Source of the DNA: Saprospiraceae bacterium
Lineage (GTDB): Bacteria > Bacteroidota > Bacteroidia > Chitinophagales > Saprospiraceae
Direction of reading: 5' to 3'
Length of the DNA: 64,000 nt
NCBI GenBank assembly: GCA_016719615.1
Contig: JADJYQ010000007.1
Coordinates: 349,070-413,069, forward strand
Shown in pieces: positions 30,290 to 40,423 of the stretch (within the stretch, counting starts at the first letter, position 1; each line of letters begins with the position of its first letter). The notes under the pieces were generated by a model, which saw only the letters and a list, made by a program, of their open reading frames with translations, was not told where the DNA came from and ran no database searches. A program made the position numbers and the translations under genes.

Positions 30290-30886
30290 TTATAAACGGG
30301 CAAATTTTAACAAAGGAACAATATCACCATTGTCTGCTTTTTTAAGGGCGTTAATATAAATTGCTCTTGAATTTGAAGCCGGGTCCAGATGAGACGCACC
30401 CCAGGAAAATACTTGCAGTTTAAATAGTTTCCCAATAATAATATCAGCTAATAAGCGGCTATGTCTACCGTTTCCATTAGGGAAACAATGTATGCTCACG
30501 AGTTTATGTTTAAACCTTATTGCAAATTCATCAGGGCTATAGGTTTTGTTATCCATCCAGAATATTGCATCCTCTAAGAGTTTTTTGAGTTCGATGGAAA
30601 TTTGCCATTTGTCAACTCCAAGGTTCTTATTGGACCTTCTGAAATCACCTGCCCAAGCCCAAATATTTCCATACATTCGCTTGTGAACATCCTGGATAAA
30701 TTTTTCAGTGAAGACTACATCCGGCTTAAATGTTTTCATTAAAACCCATTGTACAGCCTGCTCAATATTTTGTTGTTCAAACTCATCCAGCTCTCCCCGG
30801 GTAGCAATAGTTGGAATGAGCAATCCGTCTTTTTCTTCTTCATACAAAGGGGTTTGCCCATCTAGGTGTTCAAATTTTAATCCCAT
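30290..30886 (-). CDS. Fic-domain protein of the 'mobile mystery protein B' type, copy 1
   Basis: 198 aa. It has an intact Fic motif HCFPNGNGRHSR (H133-R144). The overall sequence matches my memory of the TIGRFAMs family named mobile mystery protein B. Confidence 0.85.
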   Translation of the reverse strand: MGLKFEHLDGQTPLYEEEKDGLLIPTIATRGELDEFEQQNIEQAVQWVLMKTFKPDVVFTEKFIQDVHKRMYGNIWAWAGDFRRSNKNLGVDKWQISIELKKLLEDAIFWMDNKTYSPDEFAIRFKHKLVSIHCFPNGNGRHSRLLADIIIGKLFKLQVFSWGASHLDPASNSRAIYINALKKADNGDIVPLLKFARL

Positions 30887-31335
30887 AAAATCTTAGGCAT
30901 TTCGTTTTTTAAAGCAGTTGTGCATTCCTCAATTGCTTTAAGTAAACGTTTTTTCGAATTTTCCTGATCCTCCAATTTCATGGAGTTGGAGGTCCTTAAT
31001 ACAATTTGGGTGGCTAACTCTTTTGCTTTTCTGTCAATCAATTGCTCCAAAGTGCCATCCATAGGTACGAATCCATACACCAAATTCATATCTAATGCAT
31101 GAGCTGCGGCCGTAAGTGCTTTAATTGTAATTGTGCCATCCTGTTCCCTTCGTTCTATATCTCGCATGCTTTGCTTTGAAATGGATAACTTATTTCCCAA
31201 TTGCTGCAATGTTATACCTAAAGTAATACGAGTAGCTTTAATCCAGCCAGTTGGCGGCTGTGCTACATTATTTAAAATTGAAACCACTTGCATTTTATCA
31301 CTAAGATGCTGAACCTGTAATGCCTTTTTGCCCAT
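30877..31335 (-). CDS. XRE-type HTH protein of the 'mobile mystery protein A' type, copy 1
   Basis: Track ORF 30877..31398. I use the ATG at 31335 (MGKKALQVQHL...), which is the start of the identical 152-aa copy 2. The HTH is ITLQQLGNKLSISKQSMRDIERRE. There is a 10-nt overlap with the Fic gene. Confidence 0.8.
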   Translation of the reverse strand: MGKKALQVQHLSDKMQVVSILNNVAQPPTGWIKATRITLGITLQQLGNKLSISKQSMRDIERREQDGTITIKALTAAAHALDMNLVYGFVPMDGTLEQLIDRKAKELATQIVLRTSNSMKLEDQENSKKRLLKAIEECTTALKNEMPKILWD

Positions 31336-31359
31336 ATTTGTAATATTATATTCTGACTT

Positions 31360-31386
31360 TATAGTAGCAAATGTAATACTATAGTA
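31360..31386. promoter_or_regulatory. Operator-like repeats upstream of the XRE/Fic operon (copy 1)
   Basis: TATAGTA at 31360-31366 is repeated within the perfect 10-bp palindrome TACTATAGTA at 31377-31386 (TATAGTA at 31380-31386), 20 bp apart. The site lies 25-50 bp upstream of the XRE start. The same sequence occurs at 40296-40322. Confidence 0.4.
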
Positions 31387-31487
31387 TGACAAATACAACT
31401 CAAAAGTAATATTAAAGCTAGACTAATAAAATAGAAAACTCAGGATATAAACTTACTATATAATTGTTAATCAATGTTTTAACTTAA

Positions 31488-31811
31488 ATTCAGAGGTGTT
31501 TAATCTTCCCTATTATTTCAGACCAGGATTCTGAAATAATAAAATTCAACAAGATCAAGAATTTTACAAGGTTTGTCAATCAGAACCTGAAAGTATTGAC
31601 AGCTAATAACGGTATAACAGATGAAATTTCCAGTTATTGGGCAAGGCATAGTTTTGCCACAAGTTTGATACGTGCTGGTAAAAGCATGGAGGTCGTTGGC
31701 GAAGCTTTTGGCCATAGTGATAAAAAAACTACCCAGAATTATTTTGCCGGTTTTGATGATGAAACCAAAAAGACGATCAGCAATGCTCTGATGGATTTTT
31801 TGGATCTATAA
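31488..31811 (+). pseudogene. 5'-truncated tyrosine recombinase (C-terminal ~107 codons only)
   Basis: The frame opens after TAA 31485-31487 with no plausible N-terminus. It reads IFPIISDQDSEIIKFNKIKNFTRFVNQNLKVLTANNGITDEISSYWARHSFATSLIRAGKSMEVVGEAFGHSDKKTTQNYF, i.e. the ARHSFAT and GH...TT..Y catalytic boxes of Bacteroidetes-type integrases. Confidence 0.8.
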
Positions 31812-34800
31812 AATCAAACTCACATCTCCCACTTTCTGCTGTAGTACTCCTGAGCTATTCCTCCAGATGATTTGATATACATAAACTCCTGGCTGGCATT
31901 TTTTACCGTAAACTACCATCCCATTTCGCACATAGGCCATTTTTAATTTGTAAGCCGCTACATTCATAAACAAGATTTCCCCACCGGTCAAATACTTTGA
32001 TGCTTTCAACCATCCCGTTTCCCTCCTCCAACACAGGTCCCCAGCGATCATTGAGATTATCTCCATTTGGACTAAAACTATTAGGGACATACAACTCCTT
32101 TTCCTTTTTAATAAGCCTTATGAGTATGGAGTCAATCGCAGTGCAACCGTTGTCATCTTGTACGGTGATGTAGTATTTGGTATCTTTTGGAGGACTTACT
32201 TTGGGACGTAAACAATTTGTACAACTCAGTCCGGTAGATGGTGACCAATTTACCTGATTTACATTGGATGAATAATAAGGATCCAATACCAAGGAATCTC
32301 CTTCATCGATTTGTAACTCATTGAGTACATCAACATGGATTTCATCATACCATTTGATCTGATAATGAAAAACCGAATCGCAACTGCTTTGGTTTTGTTT
32401 TCGGATGGTCCAATTCATTTCTTCTTTGATCCAGGCATTTGCGATATATATTGAATCGCCCTGACAAATAAAATATTGAAGATTCTTTTCTTGTGGAATG
32501 CTTTTGTAGCTAACGATCGTTCTATGAACTGAATCACAGCCATTTTGATTTTGATAATGAGATTCAATCTTCAAAGTATCATAAATCCATTGACCATTAA
32601 GTTGAATGGAATCTCCGGGACATATTTCATATCTGTTGGTGTCGGGTAAGCTCAAAGGATACAGTTTTATATTAAGGTTCCATACTGAATCACAGCCATT
32701 TGAGTCCTGATTTACCAATTCTTTTTGAATACTGTCTTTACACCAAACTCCTAAGAACAATACGGAGTCCCCTGCACATGATATGATTAAACTGATTGGG
32801 TAGATTCTCAGGATAGACCCTGATATAAATTACATGATTTGAATCACATCCATTCCTATCTGAATACGTTTGAACAATATCAATACTATCCTCATACCAT
32901 TGTTGCCCAACTTGTACTGAATCACCCGGACAGATCCAAACCTGTTCTGTGGATGAAATGGTTGGAAGGAAGGTCAGTAGTTGAAGATATGAAACGGAAT
33001 CACATCCTGATTGATCTTGATAATTGAAGATTAAAAGGGTATCTGAAAAATAATAAACATTCGCAATGAAAAGACTATCTCCCGGACAGAACCCAATACT
33101 GTCCCTTTGAACAACAGCTTGTTTTTTTGTATAAATGCACAACGACAGTGTACTGTCACAAAATTCTGCAAAATGGATTTTAACATCCAGACAAGTATCT
33201 TGATTCAATGCATCGATCTTAAAACTATCAGAAGTAAGAAAATTTCCATTGACAAAAACGCTGTCTGCGTTTGAATTGAACTTAAACGTGGCGGTACTGC
33301 CACTGCATATTGATGTATCTCGTTGTAACCACTCAAACGCCGATTGGCAATTACAATTATTCACTTTTATTTTTAGGGTGTCACTTTTATATCCGCATAG
33401 AGTAGGATAAGCTGCAATCACCCGTTTATACCCGGGATCTGCAAAATAAACATCAATGGTATCCCCGTTTTGGTTTACGATGACTCCTCCGTCAGGTAAC
33501 ACCCATTGCAAATCAGGATGCGGACAAGGATCGGTCAACACATAACGCACCGTCGTATCGGCGCAAAACTCATAAGGACCATGCGTAAAGAGCCGGTAAG
33601 GAAACTGCAGGCCTTGTGCAAAATGAGGCGCTCCAAGTCCTGAGCCTTCCCCTAAATAAAATCCTTGTGATTGGAAATCACAGGCAAGGCCTTTCTCATT
33701 AGGTTTATTTATATTAAATAAATTAAAACTGTTTAAAAATGTCGTAATGTATATTTTATCATCTGGTCCTAACACTGGTGCACCTATGTTGCGCCTGACT
33801 TGATCCAAAATTGATACTATACTTGATTGATCACCGCCGTATCTAGCATACCCAAATCTATTTGCCAAATTTTACTTCCGGTGATATACAATTTTGTGTC
33901 GTCTGAAGAAAATTCGGATCCGTATACCCATTCATTAAATAAATTAAAACTCAATGGTACTCCACCGTAAATTGTTCCGGTCATTGGGTCAAAACGATGC
34001 AGTTCTATTGCACTTAAGAAAATTCTATTTACTCCATCAAAACCTAAGGTTGCCTCCGCAATAACAGAACCGCTATGAGAAAATTTTAGATAACCGCGTA
34101 AAGCAAATTTATAATCAATATTATTTATTATTCCTGAGTTCATTTTTCCATTTAAGCTAAATCCATTTTTATCTAACAGCCACACCGTAAATTGCTCGGT
34201 AATTGCATTTTGACCTATGATCCACCAGTCTTTTCCATTATAGTGGCGGATGCCTTCCACTCGTTCTGAGGTAGTATCCATCAATATCTGGTGTTTTAAG
34301 ATCACCTTACCCAAGCCCCCGTTTTGACTCATGTCGATGATAGCATATCTGAGCGTTTTTGCAAAAGTGTCTGTTTGGTCTGTAATCTGTCCTGGGTAAA
34401 ATATCCAATACAAAGAACCGGTTCCCGGTTGGGTAAAACTAAATTCATGGTGGAAGAAGCTCCGGCTAATCCAAATGGTGAATTGATATTTCCATTGTCC
34501 ATCACCTGATGATTAGAATTAAAAATCTCATTATTGTTGGTATAAAATAATAATTTTCCATTACGATCACAAATTGAGGTATGGGCTTCTCCCTCCATAT
34601 CCGCTAAATCCGGTATCCACTGCCGGAAAACCCCGATTCCAGTTTAGACTATGTTTGCCCATATACCATATCGAAGCCTCAAGACCTGTAGGACAATTGT
34701 TCTCTTGTTGTTCAATTGAATGCAGATTTAATTTATTGTTGATATCATTTTTTAAGATTAATGTTCTGCTCAATAGGATTGGATTTATTTCGACTTTAAA

Positions 34801-34941
34801 TTGATTTGCATCACCTTTTTGAAAATAAAAATTAATTAGTTTGGTTTCGTTTTCAAAATTGTTAAATTCTGTTATTGGCCAATAAATGCCCATCCCAAGG
34901 ATCAATAAAAAATATAAACAAATTTTATATACATTTTTCAT
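31806..34941 (-). pseudogene. T9SS type-B (gliding-motility C-terminal domain) cargo protein disrupted by at least five frame changes
   Basis: Six overlapping minus-strand ORFs read as one protein: 34567..34941, 34329..34598, 33817..34413, 32738..33868, 31903..32760 and 31806..32090. The order is signal peptide MKNVYKICLYFLLILG, a beta-propeller-like part, repeated NGCDSV modules, then the sorting domain YVPNSFSPNGDNLNDRW...FDRWGNLVYE...WDG / VVYGKKCQPGVYVYQI...GDVSLIL. Confidence 0.8.
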
Positions 34942-35082
34942 CAGTGTATAAGCTTATTGAGATGATCCTTTTACACAAGTAAACGCTTTCTCATAAGTTA
35001 AAGTCAAACTGTTACTTGACAAATTAATAATGAATTTACGGTTTATATTGGTTAAAACATTCAATCCATCCAAACTAACTCA

Positions 35083-35418
35083 TTATCTGAACAATTTTAA
35101 ATATTGCTCAAAAGCAAATACCCTATTACGTTTAAAGCCGGTAAGTTCAATCAATATTTCAAGCCTGATAAAATCATTCAATAATCTTGAAATAGTGGGA
35201 ATACTTGTATTCAATGCACTTGATAAGCTTTGCATGTCAGTAATGGCTTGTTCATATAAATATTGTAAGACCTTTTTTGCAAGCATTTGTTTTTTACCTA
35301 ATTTAATAATTTTGATTTCAATCGCAGCTCTCAATTCAATAATTTCTTTAAAGCTTAGAATAGAGTTTTCAGCCGTGACGCGTATACCTTCTAAAAAGAA
35401 TCTCAGCCATTGTGCCAA
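35083..35418 (-). pseudogene. C-terminal fragment of a larger Fic-family protein
   Basis: 111 codons starting at TTG right after a TGA. AQWLRFFLEGIRVTAENS...SSALNTSIPTISRLLNDFIRLEILIELTGFKRNRVFAFEQYLKLF resembles the post-Fic helix plus winged-helix tail of long Fic proteins. No HxFx(D/E)GNGR core is present. Confidence 0.6.
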
Positions 35419-35528
35419 GTAAAATATAAAATAATTGATTCAAAGCATCCGGAAGAATTAAAAATAAGACAGAAAAACTTGTTTTCAAAATAAAAATTGA
35501 TTATCTTGCATTCCTAAATTTTGGTAAG

Positions 35529-38500
35529 ATGAAAGCAATTTTACAAAATAAGCTCCAATTAATTCTTTGCCTGTTGTTATGTTCAACTGCCATCATTGGT
35601 CAAGATCTGAGCATCATTTCATTCAAGTCAATGCCTGCCCAAATATACCTGCACAGACCTATTGTCTTTCAGCTTGTGATCATCAATCAAGGTCCAGAAC
35701 CTGTTCCGGGTTTTATTATCGAAATTAAAGTTTCCAATCAGGACAATGGCCGGATGGTTTTTGAAAAAACATATATGATGGGGTTTCTTTCAGGATTTTC
35801 CACGACGACCTTACTCACCAATGCAGATTTATTTTACCTAAATAGAGAAGAAGCTCATTTAGCATCGGCAGAAATAATATTTGATGGAGATCCAGGACCA
35901 ACGAATAATTATGCTCAATTTGAATTCACACCAGAAAGTTTAGGTATTCAACTTACTTCTGAACAATGGAATTCGTCTTCACCAACAAATCCTTCCATTT
36001 ATCCCTATGGTGCCATCGGCTTTAAACTTCCCAAAAGCTTGTTCCAGTTGATTAAAAATCCATTGATCCAAATTGCCTGTGGAAAAAATGAAAATTTATT
36101 GCCCTGTTTTTATAATTTCCCATTCCCACCGATGGAAGAACGGGATGTTTGGATTCCAATCAATTATACCAGCGCTGATTTTGTCGCGGGAGAGCTAATT
36201 CAAGATTTACAATTATCCATTCTGATCACAGATTATACCTGGTCAAATCAAAAGCTCCCTTGGTTTGATTTTATTGAAAATACATGTCATCAATTGAACA
36301 CCAGTGCCTATGGTGGAAATTGGATCAGTCCGACTGCAGATCCTCCTTTGGTAAAAACACCTGTTTCGTTTACAAATAATATGCTTCCCGATCTAAACTA
36401 TCAATCCGGTATAGTCGGATTGGATTTGAATGCTTTAGCTCCAAAGACAAATCCATGTTATTCCGGAGATAATAGGGCTAGTGGGCCTGCAGCTGCTTCC
36501 AATGGATTAATGTCACTGATCAATAAGCATCCAGATGAACTTGACAATGGATTGCAGCAAAGGGAAATACTCGAATTGATCAGCAGGGATGCACTGCGTC
36601 GAACAGCTTCGGGAATTACTGTCAAACAATTCATTGAAAGTAAATTAAACCTCCTGGACAATTTATGCATGCCTTTAGGAATTGAATATCAATGGGCGCA
36701 AAATACTTTGCCATTGATTATGAGTCCACAAGTATACCAGAGAAGTCAGGCGAGCAACGCATATTTGCAATATGGAGACCTTCCTTCATTTGATTTTATA
36801 AAAACGAAAATAAGTGCAGGTGCTTCAGTTGAACTAATATTTGGATATTATGACAACAATAACCAACGCCTTGAAGGAAGCTGGGCAAATGTTTGTGGAA
36901 TTCTTGATCATCCATCGTTTCATGGCATCTATATACACTTAGATATTGATGACCAAAATGCAGGAGGACATAGGATCTTTTATTCTCATTTAAAGCAAGA
37001 AAATTCAAAAAAATGGTCACGACTTGTGAGCTTTGAAAATCTCAATTATGCTTGCTGGCTTGAGGCAGCGGTATCTCAGGAGTTTAAGCCGGGTAAAATG
37101 TTTAATCCCATTCCTTTGACGACGTTTAGAAATATTCATTTGTCAGGACCTTTGCAATCTTATCAATTGTCCGGGACATTCCGGCTTTTCATCCCGGCTT
37201 CTGAAATGACAGAACAGGCTTATGTAAATATTTTTGCGCAAAAGGAATCCGGAGCATGGGTTTGGCTATCCAGAGCTGTGCCTTTAGCCGTTTTTGACAA
37301 TGACTACAAATTGGATAATCCATTCAGTTACCAACGACTTGATCTGAATGCAGCCCAGTTGAAAGACAAATTGTTGAATGTGTACGTAGATTATGGAAGA
37401 GATGTAAATTCCTACAATTCTATTATTCCTCATTGGAAACTAAAAAAGAATTTGGTCTATAAAATACAGACCAAAGACATTATGATAAAATACAATCCGG
37501 TGAGTGGAGATGGCGACGATCACAGTGATCACACAACCGGAAGTCCATTGCCGGACATAAGAAGCTCTGCGGTTGCAGATTCAGTCTACAGAGGATGCAA
37601 AGTTGATAATCTGGATCTGGATTCTTCAAGGCATAGACCTAACTCAAGCATGAATACACAGGGAGATTGGAATGCATGTGCTCCAACTGCCGCAGCCAAT
37701 AGCATGCAGTGGCTGGAAGGACAATTTCCGGATAAAATTAAAACGAATCTGAGTTTGCGAGAAAAAATGGAAGAACTCAGTAGGCTTATGAAAAGACCAA
37801 ATGAGCAAGGAGTATTAACTGATTCCTTTATTCTGGGTAAACTGGCTTTTATAGACAAGTACAAATTACCGATAAAGGTAAAATTCCAACGCTGCTGTCA
37901 CTGGCCAATTGAAGACATAAGGTCGCCGGATAGTTTGCACGGTCATTCTGCACGAAATGACAATGATACCATGAAACCATTTCGTTTGAGATGGGATTGG
38001 CTGGTCCGGGAGATGAAGGCCGGGGAAGACGTTGAACTAGAGTTTGTCTATAAAGATATCAAAAAGGATTCAGTTGTAGGTGCACATATGGTTACTGCAA
38101 CGGGCATAAAGATTGTTGGAGACCAAAGGGGATTTTGGTATAAAGACGATGAGCGACAGGACACTGTTGATGGAACAGGCGAGTCTTTCGTCCATTGGGA
38201 AAATGATTCTATGGGATATGTTTATGTCCCGGAACTGTCAGATTCCTGCGTTCGTACTTATGTTACCAGTATGATTTCAGAAAGTTATGACAGCACCGTT
38301 GTCTTTTATGTCATTGCAGTTGATGATCTAGAAAGATCTGGAATTCGAGTTTGGCCAAATCCTGTAGAATGTAAAACGCAGTTGAATATTCAATTGAATG
38401 AATCCTGGCAGGGAATTGTTCAGTGGCGATTGATTGACTTCGCCGGTCGAGTGAATTCTTCAGGTAAAATGCGATCTTATATTAATAATTATCGGCTCAG

Positions 38501-38597
38501 TATTCCTACAACAGATCTGATCCCTGGCAATCTTTATTTGCTTCAATTAATTCATGACAAACAATTTTATGCGATAAAGATCTTTGTAACACATTAA
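35529..38597 (+). CDS. 1022-aa T9SS cargo protein with internally duplicated putative Cys/His peptidase-like module
   Basis: It has the signal peptide MKAILQNKLQLILCLLLCSTAIIGQ, a CARDB-like start (RPIVFQLVIINQGPEPV) and two homologous halves (see finding). The C-terminal sorting domain is IRVWPNPVECKTQLNIQL...GNLYLLQLIHDKQFYAIKIFVTH. Confidence 0.8.
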   Translation: MKAILQNKLQLILCLLLCSTAIIGQDLSIISFKSMPAQIYLHRPIVFQLVIINQGPEPVPGFIIEIKVSNQDNGRMVFEKTYMMGFLSGFSTTTLLTNADLFYLNREEAHLASAEIIFDGDPGPTNNYAQFEFTPESLGIQLTSEQWNSSSPTNPSIYPYGAIGFKLPKSLFQLIKNPLIQIACGKNENLLPCFYNFPFPPMEERDVWIPINYTSADFVAGELIQDLQLSILITDYTWSNQKLPWFDFIENTCHQLNTSAYGGNWISPTADPPLVKTPVSFTNNMLPDLNYQSGIVGLDLNALAPKTNPCYSGDNRASGPAAASNGLMSLINKHPDELDNGLQQREILELISRDALRRTASGITVKQFIESKLNLLDNLCMPLGIEYQWAQNTLPLIMSPQVYQRSQASNAYLQYGDLPSFDFIKTKISAGASVELIFGYYDNNNQRLEGSWANVCGILDHPSFHGIYIHLDIDDQNAGGHRIFYSHLKQENSKKWSRLVSFENLNYACWLEAAVSQEFKPGKMFNPIPLTTFRNIHLSGPLQSYQLSGTFRLFIPASEMTEQAYVNIFAQKESGAWVWLSRAVPLAVFDNDYKLDNPFSYQRLDLNAAQLKDKLLNVYVDYGRDVNSYNSIIPHWKLKKNLVYKIQTKDIMIKYNPVSGDGDDHSDHTTGSPLPDIRSSAVADSVYRGCKVDNLDLDSSRHRPNSSMNTQGDWNACAPTAAANSMQWLEGQFPDKIKTNLSLREKMEELSRLMKRPNEQGVLTDSFILGKLAFIDKYKLPIKVKFQRCCHWPIEDIRSPDSLHGHSARNDNDTMKPFRLRWDWLVREMKAGEDVELEFVYKDIKKDSVVGAHMVTATGIKIVGDQRGFWYKDDERQDTVDGTGESFVHWENDSMGYVYVPELSDSCVRTYVTSMISESYDSTVVFYVIAVDDLERSGIRVWPNPVECKTQLNIQLNESWQGIVQWRLIDFAGRVNSSGKMRSYINNYRLSIPTTDLIPGNLYLLQLIHDKQFYAIKIFVTH

Positions 38598-38848
38598 AAA
38601 GAGAATTGCTTTATACTTATTGAATTCATGTTTAGATTGAACTCCAGATCGGAAATTAATGTGCTATAGTATAAAGGTTAATATTTGTGATTCGCTAATT
38701 GTGCTATAAATAAATAAAATACACTTTCTCTGTAATGAAGGAATTTTAACAAATCACTTGGCTGAAATTCAGATCAGGATTTTTTTAGCAATTGGATAGT
38801 AAATAAGTTGAATTACATTAAAATTTAAAAAATGAAAACAAATTTATT

Positions 38849-38998
38849 TTATGTCTTATCCCTGGTATGCCCTATCAATACCCCTATCAACATAAGCCCC
38901 ACAACATCGGGAACTCCTTTCCGTCCAAACAAGCCGCTCAGATAATGTCCGAAAAAGATAAACAAGCCGATAATGATGATGATGAGAGATGTTTCCAT
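38849..38998 (-). pseudogene. Duplicated 5' fragment (49 codons) of the antiporter gene
   Basis: It reads METSLIIIIIGLFIFFGHYLSGLFGRKGVPDVVGLMLIGVLIGHTRDKT*. The first ~43 codons match the antiporter at 30061, including its upstream region. Confidence 0.85.
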
Positions 38999-39225
38999 AG
39001 CTAAAATTCCTTTGCAATTTAAGGCAGATTTGCAAAGTTATTTTAAAAGAAATAGTTTAAGAAAATAAAGAGCCTGCCTCGGAAAGTAGTTTCATAACAT
39101 GAAACAATTACATAATTATATTTCTATTCATTCATTGCATTAAAATCACAAGTCAATCCGATTGAAATTATCAAATAATTCTATTAAAACAAATAAGTTC
39201 TTGTACGTGTGAAATTTATAGAAAA

Positions 39226-39822
39226 TTATGAACGGGCAAATTCTAACAAAGGAACAATCTCACCATTGTCTGCTTTTTTAAGGGCGTTAATATAAGTTGC
39301 TCTTGAATTTGATGCCGGGTCCAGATGAGACGCACCCCAGGAAAATACTTGCAGTTTAAATAGTTTCCCAATAATAATATCAGCTAATAAGCGGCTATGT
39401 CTGCCGTTTCCATTAGGGAAACAATGTATGCTAACGAGTTTATGTTTAAACCTTATTGCAAATTCATCAGGGCTATAGGTTTTGTTATCCATCCAGAATA
39501 TTGCATCCTCTAAGAGTTTTTTGAGTTCGATGGAAATTTGCCATTTGTCAACTCCAAGGTTCTTATTAGACCTTCTGAAATCACCTGCCCAAGCCCAAAT
39601 ATTTCCATACATTCTTTTGTGAACATCTCGGATAAATTTTTCAGTGAAGACTACATCCGGCTTAAATGTTTTCATTAAAACCCATTGTACAGCCTGCTCA
39701 ATATTTTGTTGTTCAAACTCATCCAGCTCTCCCCGTGTAGCAATAGTTGGAATGAGCAATCCGTCTTTTTCTTCTTCATACAAAGGGGTTTGCCCATCTG
39801 GGTGTTCAAATTTTAATCCCAT
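39226..39822 (-). CDS. Fic-domain protein ('mobile mystery protein B' type), copy 2
   Basis: 198 aa with the same Fic motif. It differs from copy 1 at six residues (L8P, Q65R, I176T, D188E, K194E, L198S). Confidence 0.85.
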   Translation of the reverse strand: MGLKFEHPDGQTPLYEEEKDGLLIPTIATRGELDEFEQQNIEQAVQWVLMKTFKPDVVFTEKFIRDVHKRMYGNIWAWAGDFRRSNKNLGVDKWQISIELKKLLEDAIFWMDNKTYSPDEFAIRFKHKLVSIHCFPNGNGRHSRLLADIIIGKLFKLQVFSWGASHLDPASNSRATYINALKKADNGEIVPLLEFARS

Positions 39823-40271
39823 AAAATCTTAGGCATTTCGTTTTTTAAAGCAGTTGTGCATTCCTCAATTGCTTTAAGTAAACGTTTTTTCGAATTTTCC
39901 TGATCCTCCAATTTCATGGAGTTGGAGGTCCTTAATACAATTTGAGTGGCTAACTCTTTTGCTTTTCTGTCAATCAATTGCTCCAAAGTGCCATCCATAG
40001 GTACGAATCCATACACCAAATTCATATCTAATGCATGAGCTGCGGCCGTAAGTGCTTTAATTGTAATTGTGCCATCCTGTTCCCTTCGTTCTATATCTCG
40101 CATGCTTTGCTTTGAAATGGATAACTTATTTCCCAATTGCTGCAATGTTATACCTAAAGTAATACGAGTAGCTTTAATCCAGCCAGTTGGCGGCTGTGCT
40201 ACATTATTTAAAATTGAAACCACTTGCATTTTATCACTAAGATGCTGAACCTGTAATGCCTTTTTGCCCAT
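39813..40271 (-). CDS. XRE-type HTH protein ('mobile mystery protein A' type), copy 2
   Basis: 152 aa, identical in protein sequence to copy 1 from MGKKALQ. I saw at least one synonymous DNA difference. Confidence 0.85.
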   Translation of the reverse strand: MGKKALQVQHLSDKMQVVSILNNVAQPPTGWIKATRITLGITLQQLGNKLSISKQSMRDIERREQDGTITIKALTAAAHALDMNLVYGFVPMDGTLEQLIDRKAKELATQIVLRTSNSMKLEDQENSKKRLLKAIEECTTALKNEMPKILWD

Positions 40272-40423
40272 ATTTGTAAGATTATATTATGACTATATAG
40301 TAGCAAATGTAATACTATAGTATGACAAATACAACTCAAAAGTAATATTATAGCTAGACTAATAAAATAGAAAACTCAGGATATAAACTTACTTTATAAT
40401 TGTTAATCAATGTTTTAACTTAA

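Larger units (their letters stand above)
29935..31612. repeat. Direct repeat copy R1 (about 1.68 kb)
   Basis: Aligns by eye with 38872-40548 at an offset of 8937 bp, then 8936 bp after a 1-bp indel near 30270. The first ~70 bp are visibly more diverged; the rest is nearly identical. Boundaries are +/- 5 bp. Confidence 0.9.
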
